Positions 9,658 through 20,861 of a stretch of 64,000 nt of DNA are shown here, piece by piece. Positions within the stretch are counted from its first letter, which is position 1. The number at the start of each line of letters is the position of its first letter. The translations under genes were made by a program, and so were the position numbers. Below the pieces are notes generated by a model. It ran no database searches. It was not told the DNA's origin and saw only the letters and a list, made by a program, of their open reading frames with translations. This DNA comes from Chloroflexota bacterium. Its GTDB lineage: Bacteria > Chloroflexota > Dehalococcoidia > JACPEP01. Where the stretch lies: contig JACPEP010000007.1 in NCBI GenBank assembly GCA_016183425.1, positions 2,113-66,112 on the forward strand, in the 5' to 3' direction.

Positions 9658-10215
9658 TCAGGCGCTCCATGCGTTCTCTGGTTCCGGAGCCAGCGCCGCC
9701 GGATTCTCGCGATCTGTCTCCCAGCGTGCGGGGTTGTTGGTAATGTACTGGCGGATGCGGTGTAATGATGGTTCGTCGCGGATGATGTGCTCGTAGTAGT
9801 TGCGTTGCCACAATTTCGCGCCGGGTGTGGTTCGTATGTCGTTGATGTGTTTAGTGGACACGGTTTTGAATGCCCCGATCAAACGTCCCAACGGTTTGCG
9901 TTTTGATGTCACCGTAGGGGCGGTTCGCGAACCGCCCCTACAATCGGCAATGGTTACCATAATTCCGTGGATATGATTGGGCATCACCACCCATTCATCC
10001 AAATGGATATAAGGATATTGCTCTGCCAACCATAACCAACAATCCGCCACCTTTCGCCCGTATTCATTCAGTTGCACTTCGCCGTTTACCACTACCCCAA
10101 AGATGCACGCCCGGTCCTGGGTGCAGAGGGTAACGAAATAGGCTCCGGCTTGGGAGTAGTCGTAGCCCTTCAAGCGGATCGACCGCCGGTGATGTCGGGC
10201 TGGATCTTGAGCCAT
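9658..10215 (-). mobile_element. REP-associated tyrosine transposase (RAYT, Y1 HUH)
   Basis: RRSIRLKGYDYS, YFVTLCT, VVMPNHIHGI (HUH), WQRNYYEHIIRD, YITNNP. Confidence 0.9.
9914..9941. repeat. GTAG REP palindrome inside the RAYT coding sequence
   Basis: GTAGGGGCGGTTCGCGAACCGCCCCTAC is a perfect 28-bp palindrome. Confidence 0.85.
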
Positions 10216-10288
10216 CAGACGTGTCCACCGAGGATGCGCTCGCCGCCCTTCAGACGATACTTAACCGGATAGCAGCAGAGGACGCTTG

Positions 10289-10420
10289 TCAAGAGGTGCT
10301 GTTTTGATCTCCAGGGAGTAGATTGGGATACTTGGCCAGGAGGGTTTGCAGTAAGTCCTCGGAGTCGTAGGATTGCGCCCCCATTTCAACAAGCTGCCCA
10401 TTGTCCTGGATAAGAAACAT
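10289..10420 (-). pseudogene. Truncated N-terminal gene fragment (43 aa)
   Basis: [43 protein letters not shown]; resembles the start of NucS-like hypothetical nucleases, from memory only. Confidence 0.45.
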
Positions 10421-10605
10421 CTGCCCTCAATTCCTCTAGATACTCGAACGGGCTTATGACTTGTCTATATCTTGTACGCTTCCGTGTCCATGTCAAGACC
10501 CTCCGCCGCCTGTGCTGTGCTTGTTTTGACCTTTCCTCTATGCTATCATGCCGTTGTCAGTTTTATCTTAGAAGATGGGCTTTTGGGACACTTTCAGGGG
10601 GGATA

Positions 10606-11628
10606 ATGGAATCAGAGAGACAAAGAGCTTTAGACATAGCCATCGGGCAGATTGAACGGCAGTTCGGCCGTGGTTCGGTGATGAGGCTGGGAGAGGCTTC
10701 GGCGGCCCTGGCGGTGGAGGCCATCCCCACGGGCTCCCTGTCTCTAGACCTGGCGCTGGGGGTGGGCGGCATTCCCCGGGGCCGGGTAACCGAAATTTTT
10801 GGCCCGGAGTCCTCGGGCAAGTCCACTCTCGCTCAGCATGTCATCGCCGAGGCCCAAAAACGGGATGGTATGGCGGCCTACATCGACGTGGAACATGCCC
10901 TGGAACCCACCTACGCGGCCAAGTGCGGCGTTAAGGTAGACGACCTGCTCATTTCCCAACCCGATACGGGAGAGCAGGCCCTGGAGATCGCCGAGGCTCT
11001 GGTACGCAGCGGGGCCGTGGACGTAGTAGTCATCGACAGCGTGGCTGCCCTGGTGCCGCGCGCCGAGCTGGAGGGGGATATGGGGGATGCCCACGTGGGA
11101 CTCCAGGCCCGCCTCATGTCTCAGGCACTGCGCAAGCTGACGGCGGCCATCAGCCGCTCTCGTACTGCGGTCATCTTCATTAACCAGCTTCGGGAGAAGG
11201 TGGGCATTGTCTTTGGCAACCCCGAAGTGACCCCCGGCGGTCGCGCCCTCAAGTTCTATAGCTCGGTACGCATCGACCTCAGACGCTCCGAGAGCATCAA
11301 ACAGGGGACGGAGATCATCGGCAGCCGTGTCAGAGCCAAGGTGGTCAAAAACAAGGTGGCGCCGCCCTTCCGCGCCGCCGAATTCGATATCATGTTTGAC
11401 CAGGGCATCAGCAAGGAGGGGGACATCCTGGATCTGGCCGTGGAGATGAGCATCGTCAAAAAAAGCGGCGCTTTTTTCAGCCACGGCGAGAAGCGCCTTG
11501 GCCAGGGACGAGAGAACGCCAAAGACTATCTGCGCCAACACCAAGATGTGGCCGGAGAGATAGAACGGCAGATTCGGGCCAGTGTCAGCCGCCTTCCCAT
11601 TCCCACCGCGGGCGACGACTCCGACTAG
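10606..11628 (+). CDS. recA: Recombinase A
   Basis: [46 protein letters not shown]; start refined to the ATG after GGGGGG. Confidence 0.98.
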   Translation: MESERQRALDIAIGQIERQFGRGSVMRLGEASAALAVEAIPTGSLSLDLALGVGGIPRGRVTEIFGPESSGKSTLAQHVIAEAQKRDGMAAYIDVEHALEPTYAAKCGVKVDDLLISQPDTGEQALEIAEALVRSGAVDVVVIDSVAALVPRAELEGDMGDAHVGLQARLMSQALRKLTAAISRSRTAVIFINQLREKVGIVFGNPEVTPGGRALKFYSSVRIDLRRSESIKQGTEIIGSRVRAKVVKNKVAPPFRAAEFDIMFDQGISKEGDILDLAVEMSIVKKSGAFFSHGEKRLGQGRENAKDYLRQHQDVAGEIERQIRASVSRLPIPTAGDDSD

Positions 11629-11643
11629 AGGCTCCCTTCGGCC

Positions 11644-12177
11644 ATGAGCCAATCCAGGGAAGGGCTTGCGGAAGGGGAGGCGTTCCGCCGCGCCTGGGAA
11701 GTGGCCCGGCGTTTCCTCCGCTATCGCCCTCGCAGTGAGGCCGAGGTACGTAGACGGTTGGCGCGCGACACCTTTCCCCCTCCGGTGGTGAGTTTGGTTA
11801 TAGAGGGACTGCAGGAGGGAAGGTTGATAGACGATATCGCCTTCGCTCGCCTGTGGAGAGAAAATCGGGAGTCCTTCAACCCCCGAAGTCGGCGCCTTTT
11901 GGCCTGGGAAATGGCTGCCAAAGGGATACCTCCCTCTGTCATCGAAGATGCCTGTCATGATCTGGACGACGAGGTTAGCGCCTATCGGGCAGCCACCAAA
12001 AGGGTTCTTCGCCTCCCGGAGAAGGAAGACTATGCCGTCTTTATGACCCGGCTCTCCCCCTACCTTCGTCGGCGTGGGTTCGATTACGGAGTGATAGAAG
12101 CGGTGCTCCAGCGGCTGTGGCAGGAGCGGCGTCTTGCTTCGGGGCCGACTGAAGAGGAAACCAGCCTGGAAGAGTGA
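11644..12177 (+). CDS. recX: Regulatory protein RecX
   Basis: LRYRPRSEAEVRRRL, IDDIAFA, LRRRGF; directly downstream of recA. Confidence 0.9.
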   Translation: MSQSREGLAEGEAFRRAWEVARRFLRYRPRSEAEVRRRLARDTFPPPVVSLVIEGLQEGRLIDDIAFARLWRENRESFNPRSRRLLAWEMAAKGIPPSVIEDACHDLDDEVSAYRAATKRVLRLPEKEDYAVFMTRLSPYLRRRGFDYGVIEAVLQRLWQERRLASGPTEEETSLEE

Positions 12178-12183
12178 GGCGAG

Positions 12184-13542
12184 ATGGCGACTATAACGGA
12201 GAGCTTTGCTGCCGTGGCCACGGAGATGCACTTTGGAGACCTGCCCCAGGTGGTGGTCAGCCAGGCCAAGAGGGCCCTCCTGGATCTGGCAGGGGTGGCC
12301 ATGGCTGGTGCGGCCATGCCCTTCCCTCGCATCGTGTGTGACTATTTTTGCCGCTGCGGGGGGCGGGGGGAGGCCACCGTGGTGGGACAGCGCGGGCGGG
12401 TTCCTGCTGTCAATGCCGCCCTGACCAACGGGGTTTGCAGCCATGCCCTGGATATGGACGATGGGCACCGCTATGCCAGTGGGCACCCGGGTACAGCCAT
12501 CATACCCGCTGCCCTGGCCGCCGGGGAAATGGTAGAGGGCAAGGGCAGAGACCTTTTGCTGGGGATAGTAATGGGCTACCAGGTTTTTGTTCGCCTGGCG
12601 GCGGCCATTAACCCCTCCCACCTGAACCGAGGCTTCCACACCACGGGCACCGTTGGCCCTCTGGGGGCGGCCGCCGCTGCCGGTGCCATTCTGGGTCTAG
12701 GGCGCAAGGAGATGGCCTGGGCCTTAGGTCTGGCCGGTCTCCAGGGGGCGGGGCTGCTGGAGATCGTGGCCGACGGTCAGATGGCCAAGCCTCTCCAGTC
12801 CGGCCGGGCCGCCTCTGCCGGCCTGCTGGCCGCCCTGTTAGCGCAGCGGGGGGCCCAGGGGCCTCTCACCGTCCTGGAGGGCGAGAAGGGCTTTCTGCGG
12901 GCCATGACCGACCATGTAGACTCGGCCTTCCTTAACTGGGGAAACGACTGGGAGATCGGTCGTACTTACATAAAGCTCTATGCTGCCTGTCGTCATGTGC
13001 ACTCGGCTATTGATGCCACCAGGGAGCTTTGCCGGCGCCACTCCATCAATCACCAACTCGTGGATAGCATATCGGTGGGCACCTACTCCGTGGCAGACCA
13101 GCTCACCGGTTCGATATACAAACCCGATTCCGTTTCTGCTGCCAAGTTCAGCCTGCCCTTCGCCGTGGCGCTAGCCATGGTTCGGGGGGGAGCTGGGGTT
13201 GACCAGTTCAGCGAGGAGAGTATAAGGGACGAGAGCATCCTGCGTCTGGCACAGAAGGTAACCGTAGTCGTGAACGCCGAGATGGAGAAGCGCTATCCGG
13301 GGGAGCGGGGAGCCAACCTGGAGATAAGGACCCGAGGCGGTGGCGTCTACCGCCATACCGTTCTTCTGCCGCGCGGAGAGCCGGAGAACCCCGCCTCCGA
13401 CGCCGATGTGGAAGCCAAATTCTATGCCAATGCCCGTTTCGCCGGTTGTCCCGAAGATAGGGCCCGGGCCATCCTGGGCTGCATCTCAGCCCTAGAGGAG
13501 CGCAACGTCTGCCAACTGACGGAGCTACTGGTGTGGGACTAA
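12184..13542 (+). CDS. MmgE/PrpD family protein
   Basis: HALDMDDGH, GFHTTGT, KLYAACRHVH, AKFSLPF, PRGEPENP. Confidence 0.9.
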   Translation: MATITESFAAVATEMHFGDLPQVVVSQAKRALLDLAGVAMAGAAMPFPRIVCDYFCRCGGRGEATVVGQRGRVPAVNAALTNGVCSHALDMDDGHRYASGHPGTAIIPAALAAGEMVEGKGRDLLLGIVMGYQVFVRLAAAINPSHLNRGFHTTGTVGPLGAAAAAGAILGLGRKEMAWALGLAGLQGAGLLEIVADGQMAKPLQSGRAASAGLLAALLAQRGAQGPLTVLEGEKGFLRAMTDHVDSAFLNWGNDWEIGRTYIKLYAACRHVHSAIDATRELCRRHSINHQLVDSISVGTYSVADQLTGSIYKPDSVSAAKFSLPFAVALAMVRGGAGVDQFSEESIRDESILRLAQKVTVVVNAEMEKRYPGERGANLEIRTRGGGVYRHTVLLPRGEPENPASDADVEAKFYANARFAGCPEDRARAILGCISALEERNVCQLTELLVWD

Positions 13543-14007
13543 GCTAATCCCCAGTACCACCGAGCTCTCCACCTGACGCCGAGGAACCTCCCAGTAGGCT
13601 GCCAGTAGCTCATCTTTGTTGGCCAGGAGGTGAAAGCCGTGCTTTTGATAGAAGTTTATCGCCCAGAAAGCGCTGGCCCACGTGCCCACCAGAAGCCGCT
13701 CCGTAGTGCACAGGTCCTTTAAATGGTTTAGAAGGCGGCTGCCAATGCCCCGCCTCTGCCAGGCCCGTCGTACGTATGCATGGCGAATGAGGGTAACGTC
13801 CGTCACTGGTTGAAAGCCCATAATCCCCACCAGCCCTCCCTCTTCCCAGCCGAAGAAGGTCATCCGCGTCATCTCTCGCTCCAGCTCCTCCAGGGGCATG
13901 TAGGGTTGATGAAGACAGTCATGGGGGACGAACCCCTGATACATGGCGGCGGCATCCTCGATGATGCCATGTATAATGTGGAGGTCCTGCGGGAGGCATT
14001 CTCTCAC
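13525..14007 (-). CDS. GNAT family N-acetyltransferase
   Basis: YVRRAWQRRGIGSRLL acetyl-CoA motif, AINFYQKHGF. Confidence 0.85.
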   Translation of the reverse strand: MRECLPQDLHIIHGIIEDAAAMYQGFVPHDCLHQPYMPLEELEREMTRMTFFGWEEGGLVGIMGFQPVTDVTLIRHAYVRRAWQRRGIGSRLLNHLKDLCTTERLLVGTWASAFWAINFYQKHGFHLLANKDELLAAYWEVPRRQVESSVVLGISLVPHQ

Positions 14008-14120
14008 CTTTTCGCTCTCCCACCGGTAGCCATCCTCAGGATGCGCTGCCCTTTCCGGATGGCGACCACTTTTGGGGGGCGAAAAAAGACAGCGAGGGGC
14101 GCCATGACAAGGCGGGCTGT

Positions 14121-14366
14121 TTAGGCAGCCCTGTTGTTCTCTTTGTTTAGCTCAGGGCTAATAACAGACGGAGCTACCTGGACTCCGGTAGGAGTTCGAC
14201 CCAATCGCAACTGCCGCTCTTCCTCGGCCGAAAGCTCACGGCCACACTGGAAGCAATTTATATAGGAACCGTAGAGGTCATACTCCTCCACCAGGTCACC
14301 GCCGCATCGATGGCAGGCTTTGAGCCACCATAGCGTTTTCTTACTTAATTCCCTAGATATTGCCAT
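14121..14366 (-). CDS. Small zinc-ribbon protein
   Basis: CHRCGGDL...CFQCG; AGGAGG RBS. Confidence 0.7.
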   Translation of the reverse strand: MAISRELSKKTLWWLKACHRCGGDLVEEYDLYGSYINCFQCGRELSAEEERQLRLGRTPTGVQVAPSVISPELNKENNRAA

Positions 14367-14580
14367 TTGGCACCTCCTACGTGCCAGAGAAAACCTATTC
14401 TTTAAACCTTAGCGTTCCTCTGCCTGGGCCTGAGAACCGCTAACCATTGTCTAATATTTAAAATATAGTCTATTAGAACATTTATTATAACATAATAACC
14501 CACTAAGTGTCACTTATCCAGGGTAAAAACCCCTATTTTTTTTCAGGGAAACGCCTCCTCACATTGTTTGTTCAAGAAAG

Positions 14581-14611
14581 ATGGCCCCCCCGCCTTTGGC
14601 GGGGGGGCCAT
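14581..14611 (-). terminator. Hairpin terminator downstream of groEL
   Basis: ATGGCCCCCCCGCC-TTT-GGCGGGGGGGCCAT followed by CTTTCTT on the minus strand. Confidence 0.7.
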
Positions 14612-14631
14612 CAGTCGATACTCCGTGCTCT

Positions 14632-16272
<1,641 letters not shown>

Positions 16273-16566
16273 CTAGCGGTTTATTTTGGCCAGAACGTCG
16301 TTCTCTCTGAGGATGAGGAGCTCTTCTCCATTGAGCTTAACCTCAGTTCCTGAGTACTTGGCATAGATGATGCGGTCGCCCTTCTGGATATCCATGGCGA
16401 TACGTTTCCCATCGTCGGTAAGGCGCCCCGGCCCCACCGCGATGACCTCCGCCTCCTGGGGCTTCTCCTTGGCGGTATCAGGGATAACGATGCCGGCCCT
16501 GGTCACCTCTTCCTGAACGATGTTGCGCACCACAATTCGGTCGCCCAAAGGCACTAATTCTGCCAC
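16273..16566 (-). CDS. groS: Co-chaperonin GroES
   Basis: [33 protein letters not shown]. Confidence 0.97.
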   Translation of the reverse strand: MAELVPLGDRIVVRNIVQEEVTRAGIVIPDTAKEKPQEAEVIAVGPGRLTDDGKRIAMDIQKGDRIIYAKYSGTEVKLNGEELLILRENDVLAKINR

Positions 16567-16627
16567 CAGCTACCTCCTTTCTTATAGCCTATTTTTAGCG
16601 ATGTTAAAATTAACCCTTTTACCCTCG

Positions 16628-16654
16628 TTAGCACTCCCCCAAAGAGAGTGCTAA
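16628..16654. promoter_or_regulatory. CIRCE element (HrcA operator)
   Basis: Perfect TTAGCACTC-N9-GAGTGCTAA upstream of groES. Confidence 0.95.
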
Positions 16655-16816
16655 CGAGAATATATAACCTCTCGCCAGGGTTATCAAACGGCGAAATGCC
16701 ACTCTAGCGGCTAAAAAGGGTTCCAAAGAGCTATTTTTCGCCTTTTTTCTCATTCATACTCGCGATTTCTCTGTTTTTTAAGTGAGCAATTCCTGGTATC
16801 TTCCCGAGCATTCCCG

Positions 16817-17377
16817 TCACCCCTGGTGGGCCGGTTTCCCTTTGGTTACCAACGCCGGGCGGCAGCCCCGGGGGTCGGTCAAGGCCCGGGGCCAGGCACC
16901 GGAGCCATACTTTTCCTTCAGTGTCTCCACAGGACCGGCGTCCAAGGCCCGCTGGGGGCAGGCGAGGATGCAGAGAGGCTTTTGCCCCGCCGCCTGTCGC
17001 TGGGAGCAGAAATCGCACATGGGCAAGGCCAGGCCTTGCTGGTCAAACTGAGGAACGCCGAAGGGGCATACCGCGGCGCAGCGACGACAGTGGGGTCGGC
17101 ACTTCTGGGGATCCAGGGTCACAATGCCGTCTCGGGGCCGTTTTTGAATGGCCCGGGGGAGACAGGCCCGAACACAAGGGGCATCCTCACAGTGCAGGCA
17201 GGAGAGGGGAAAGAAAGCCACCGTCACCTGGGGAAACTGGCCCTGCTCCTGAGTGACGAGACGTCGCCAGGCCCCGGGACCGGGAGGCACGTCGTTCCCA
17301 TCGCTACAAGCCACGGCGCAGGTGGCGCAGCCCACGCATCGGGTCTCATCGAAGTGGAATCCTACCTGACCGTTCAT
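16817..17377 (-). CDS. DmsB-like 4Fe-4S electron-transfer subunit
   Basis: CVGCATCAVAC, CLHCEDAPCVRAC, CRPHCRRCAAVCP, CDFC...CILACP; ATGA overlap with the upstream gene. Confidence 0.85.
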   Translation of the reverse strand: MNGQVGFHFDETRCVGCATCAVACSDGNDVPPGPGAWRRLVTQEQGQFPQVTVAFFPLSCLHCEDAPCVRACLPRAIQKRPRDGIVTLDPQKCRPHCRRCAAVCPFGVPQFDQQGLALPMCDFCSQRQAAGQKPLCILACPQRALDAGPVETLKEKYGSGAWPRALTDPRGCRPALVTKGKPAHQG

Positions 17378-19491
17378 ATTGCCATTACCTCCACGAGACA
17401 AGAATGGGTAGTCGCGCCATCCCCCAGGGGAGTATCCTCGTCCCGAGTGAGAACGTTGGCGCTGCCTCCCCGGTCAGTACCCTCCTGGTCGGGGGCGTAC
17501 CACCGCCCCTGATCCAGGCTCACCACCCCGGGCATAATCCTTTCCGTCACCAAAGCCGAGGTTACCACCCTTCCCCGCCCGTTCCAGATCTGCACCGGCT
17601 GGCCATTCTTGACCCCCCGTGGTGAGGCGTCTTGGGGGTGGATCCAGAGGGCGTGAGGCTCCAACTCCGCAAGCCAGGGGAGGTTGGTCAGGGTGGAGTG
17701 GGTGTACTGTTTGGTGTGGGGAGTTATCAGGGACAGGGGGTATTTGGCGGTCAGGGGGTCTTCTCGGCCCTCCCAGGGCGCGATGTATTTGGGGATGGCG
17801 GGGATGGTTTCGGGCTGATTCAAGTCGGCCAGGGCCTGGGAGTAGATCTCTATTTTGCGAGACGGGGTGTTGAAGGGTTTGCCATCCTGAATCTGCTCTC
17901 GGAAGGCCACATAGGGCTGGGAACGGCGGAAGTGGTGCACGCCTCGGCGTCGAAACTCATCGAAGTCGCCGATTTCCGTCCCGGCCACAAAGCTGCGCAG
18001 CCACTCCTCTTCGGTTTTGTCGTTGTAGCCCTCCAACCCCAGTCGCTGGGAGAGAAGGGTAAAGATCTCCAGGTCTGCCTTGCCCCCGTACAGGGGAGGG
18101 ATGACCTGCTCCATATAGATAGCGTACTTTCCGGAGAGACAGATGTCGGACCTCTCGAACCAGGTGGTCACCGGCAGCAGGATGTCGGCGAACCGGGCGG
18201 TGGGGGTGAGAAACTGCTCGTGCACCACTAAGAAGTCCAGCTTCTTCAGGGCGGCCACCCCTTTGTTCATGGTGGGGACCTGGTTGAGGAGGTTACGACC
18301 CAGGGAATAGACGAGCTTGATGTCGCTTTCGTAGCCCCCTTCTTTTCCCCTCAGGATAGCGTCGGCCCATTTGTTGACGGGGATGGTGCTTTTGACGGGG
18401 TTGCTGCCCGCCTCCAGGCGGCCCAGTCCGCCACTGGTGGGCCAGGCGGGAACGGTAGCGTAATGGCCCCCCGGATTACCGCCCGGAATGCCTATGTTGC
18501 CTGTCATGGCGGCCAGGGCGATGGCGGCGCGAACGGGCTGTTCGCCGTAGGCGGTGCGTTGCATACCCAGGCCGGGAAGGAGGGCGGCGGGCTTGAGGGT
18601 GGCGTAGTCCCGAGCCAGTTGAACTATGGTTGTCCGGGGCACGCCGGTGATGGCCTCGGCCCAGGCGGGGGTTTTGGCCGTACCGTCCTTTTGGCCCAGT
18701 ACGTAATCCCGGAAGCGGTCAAAGCCTACCGTGTGGCGATCCAGAAAGGCCTTGTCCTGGAAGTTCTCGCCGATGATGACATAGGCCATGGCCACCATAA
18801 GGGCGGCGTCGGTGCCGGGGTAGATGGGAATCCACTGGTCGGCCAGGGTAGCTATGGTCTCCGTTAATCGGGGGTCGACGCCTACCAGTCGGGCGCCGGC
18901 CTCTTTGGCCTGGGTGATGAACCACAGGGTGTTGGTGGTGTTGATGGTCTCCGCAGCGTTTTGAGACCAGAGGATAATGAGGCGGGAGTTGACCAGGTCC
19001 TCGGGGTCGTTGCCGGCGATGATACTGCCCAGGGTGTAGCGGCTGGCGGCTACGGTGGCCCCGTTGGACATGGAGCCGCGGAAGCGGGTACAGCCTCCCC
19101 AGAGATTTAAGAAGCGGGTTAGGACGCCGCCGGCGGTGTTGTGAAGAAGGGTCATGTTCCCCGGTCCCCCGGCATCCAGAATGGCCGAGTTGTCATAGCT
19201 CTCTTTGACCCGCTTCAACTCCTCGGCCACCTTATCCAGGGCCTCATCCCAGGAGATGCGCTCGAATTTTCCCTCCCCCCTTTCCCCCACCCGCTTCAGG
19301 GGATACTTCAGCCGGTCGGGGTGGTAGATACGCTGCCGATAGGCCCGACCCCGGAGACAAGCCCGAAGCTGCGGCTCTTCCCCCTCATCGGTGGTGATGC
19401 GCACCACCACCCCATCTTGAACATGGGCTTTGAGGACACATTTGCCGCCGCAATCGTGAACGCAACTGGTGGTAACTATCTTTTCTGCCAT
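17374..19491 (-). CDS. DMSO-reductase-family molybdopterin oxidoreductase, DmsA-like, no Tat signal
   Basis: SCVHDCGGKC...ACLRG Fe-S motif, RLKYPLKRVGERGEGKF, PGTDAAL, GSMS probable Ser ligand. Confidence 0.88.
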   Translation of the reverse strand: MAEKIVTTSCVHDCGGKCVLKAHVQDGVVVRITTDEGEEPQLRACLRGRAYRQRIYHPDRLKYPLKRVGERGEGKFERISWDEALDKVAEELKRVKESYDNSAILDAGGPGNMTLLHNTAGGVLTRFLNLWGGCTRFRGSMSNGATVAASRYTLGSIIAGNDPEDLVNSRLIILWSQNAAETINTTNTLWFITQAKEAGARLVGVDPRLTETIATLADQWIPIYPGTDAALMVAMAYVIIGENFQDKAFLDRHTVGFDRFRDYVLGQKDGTAKTPAWAEAITGVPRTTIVQLARDYATLKPAALLPGLGMQRTAYGEQPVRAAIALAAMTGNIGIPGGNPGGHYATVPAWPTSGGLGRLEAGSNPVKSTIPVNKWADAILRGKEGGYESDIKLVYSLGRNLLNQVPTMNKGVAALKKLDFLVVHEQFLTPTARFADILLPVTTWFERSDICLSGKYAIYMEQVIPPLYGGKADLEIFTLLSQRLGLEGYNDKTEEEWLRSFVAGTEIGDFDEFRRRGVHHFRRSQPYVAFREQIQDGKPFNTPSRKIEIYSQALADLNQPETIPAIPKYIAPWEGREDPLTAKYPLSLITPHTKQYTHSTLTNLPWLAELEPHALWIHPQDASPRGVKNGQPVQIWNGRGRVVTSALVTERIMPGVVSLDQGRWYAPDQEGTDRGGSANVLTRDEDTPLGDGATTHSCLVEVMAI

Positions 19492-19611
19492 GCAGCAATC
19501 CTATCTAGAATTTGTGTCGCTAAACGCGCCCTTTATCATCCCTGACGGACGTTTTGGGCACGAAAGCAAGTATATCACAAAGTGGGAGGGACTATGTAGC
19601 TTATTTGAGAA

Positions 19612-19644
19612 CAGTAGTCGGGGTCGTCTCGACCCCGACTACTG
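19612..19644. repeat. GTAG REP palindrome
   Basis: CAGTAGTCGGGGTC-GTCTC-GACCCCGACTACTG; same family as 4519 and 44376. Confidence 0.75.
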
Positions 19645-19739
19645 GGTGGGGATAGATATCGGGGTGTTCGTAAACACCCCCGCTCAAGGAAATTGACAAC
19701 CCCAGGCCATTGTGCTACCCTGCCCACAGGTATACAGCT

Positions 19740-20861
19740 ATGAAACGAGTCACCTTTCCTCATATGGGCATGATTCATGTGCCCATGGAGGTATTGTTCC
19801 GCCAGTTGGGCATCGCCTATGTGGTACCGCCCCCTTGTACCAGCCGTTCTCTGGCTCTGGCCGCCCGCTACTCCCCGGAGACGGTGTGTATACCTTACAA
19901 GCTGGTGTTGGGCAACTTCCTGGAGGCCCTGGATCTGGGGGCCAACCACCTGATCCTCCTCGCCGGCCCCAACAACTGTCGCTTTGGCTACTACGCTAAG
20001 CTCCAGGAGATGGTGCTCCAGGAGCTGGGCTATGAGTGTCATATGCTTACCCCGCAGATCTCCAGCCGCACCATTAACGGCGTCACCGATATCCTTCGCT
20101 ATCTGACGGACTATCGTGCCTCCACCTGGGACTGCCTGCGCGCCCTTTTTCTGGCTATCTCTGTGCTGCGAGACCTGGACGAGGTGGAGCGTAAGATGCA
20201 GTGGGTGAGGGCCAGAGAGATGGAGGCGGGGGCCGCCGAAGCCCTTTTTCAGCAGGCAGGAGAGGCTCTGGCTCAGGTGGACAGCTTGGGTGCCCTGAAA
20301 GCAGCTAAAAAAGAGTTTCTGAAGAAGCTGGATGCGGTGCCTATGGAGAGAGACCGGAAGCCCCTTCGCGTCAGCTTGGTAGGTGAGATATACGTGGTAC
20401 ATGAGCCTTACATTAACATGAACATCGAGCGGGAGCTGAGCCGCCGTCGGGTGGAGGTCTTCCGCTCGGAGCAACTCAGCCAGTGGCTGGTGCTGTCTCC
20501 GGCCTTGATACTGGAGGCGGCGGGATTGGGCCACGAGGCCCGCATCGCCCATGCGGCACGACCCTACCTGGAGCATATCCATGGCGAGACGGTGGGACAG
20601 ACCATCGTGGCGGAACGGGACGGTTTCCACGGCGTCATTCAGCTCACCCCCTTCACCTGCACCCCCGAGGTAGTCAACCAAAATGTCCTTTTTCGTCTCC
20701 GCCGAGAGCACGATATTCCGTTGATGACCATCATCCTGGACGAGCAGACGGGGCGATCCGGCTTTCTTACCCGATTGGAGGCTTTTATCGACCTCTTGGA
20801 GCGGCGGCGAGGTGACACGGAGGTGCGGCCACGAAGACTCAGCCTCCCCATCTTCAGATAG
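19740..20861 (+). CDS. DUF2229 / 2-hydroxyacyl-CoA dehydratase-like Fe-S subunit (paralog of 25121..26221)
   Basis: FPHMG, SPETVCIPYK, CRFGYY, GEIYV, PFTCTPE, LDEQTG, TRLEAF. Confidence 0.8.
   Translation: MKRVTFPHMGMIHVPMEVLFRQLGIAYVVPPPCTSRSLALAARYSPETVCIPYKLVLGNFLEALDLGANHLILLAGPNNCRFGYYAKLQEMVLQELGYECHMLTPQISSRTINGVTDILRYLTDYRASTWDCLRALFLAISVLRDLDEVERKMQWVRAREMEAGAAEALFQQAGEALAQVDSLGALKAAKKEFLKKLDAVPMERDRKPLRVSLVGEIYVVHEPYINMNIERELSRRRVEVFRSEQLSQWLVLSPALILEAAGLGHEARIAHAARPYLEHIHGETVGQTIVAERDGFHGVIQLTPFTCTPEVVNQNVLFRLRREHDIPLMTIILDEQTGRSGFLTRLEAFIDLLERRRGDTEVRPRRLSLPIFR

Noticed and set aside
10421-10605. LexA box upstream of recA
   Set aside because: No convincing GAAC-N4-GTTC match.
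10744-12639. Long antisense ORFs (631 aa here; also 14581..16266, 23191..24261, 19575..20711 and others)
   Set aside because: Shadow ORFs opposite well-supported genes, as expected in GC-rich DNA; no recognisable motifs.
17374-19491. Selenocysteine or other recoding in the molybdoenzyme
   Set aside because: The ORF is uninterrupted with no in-frame TGA.
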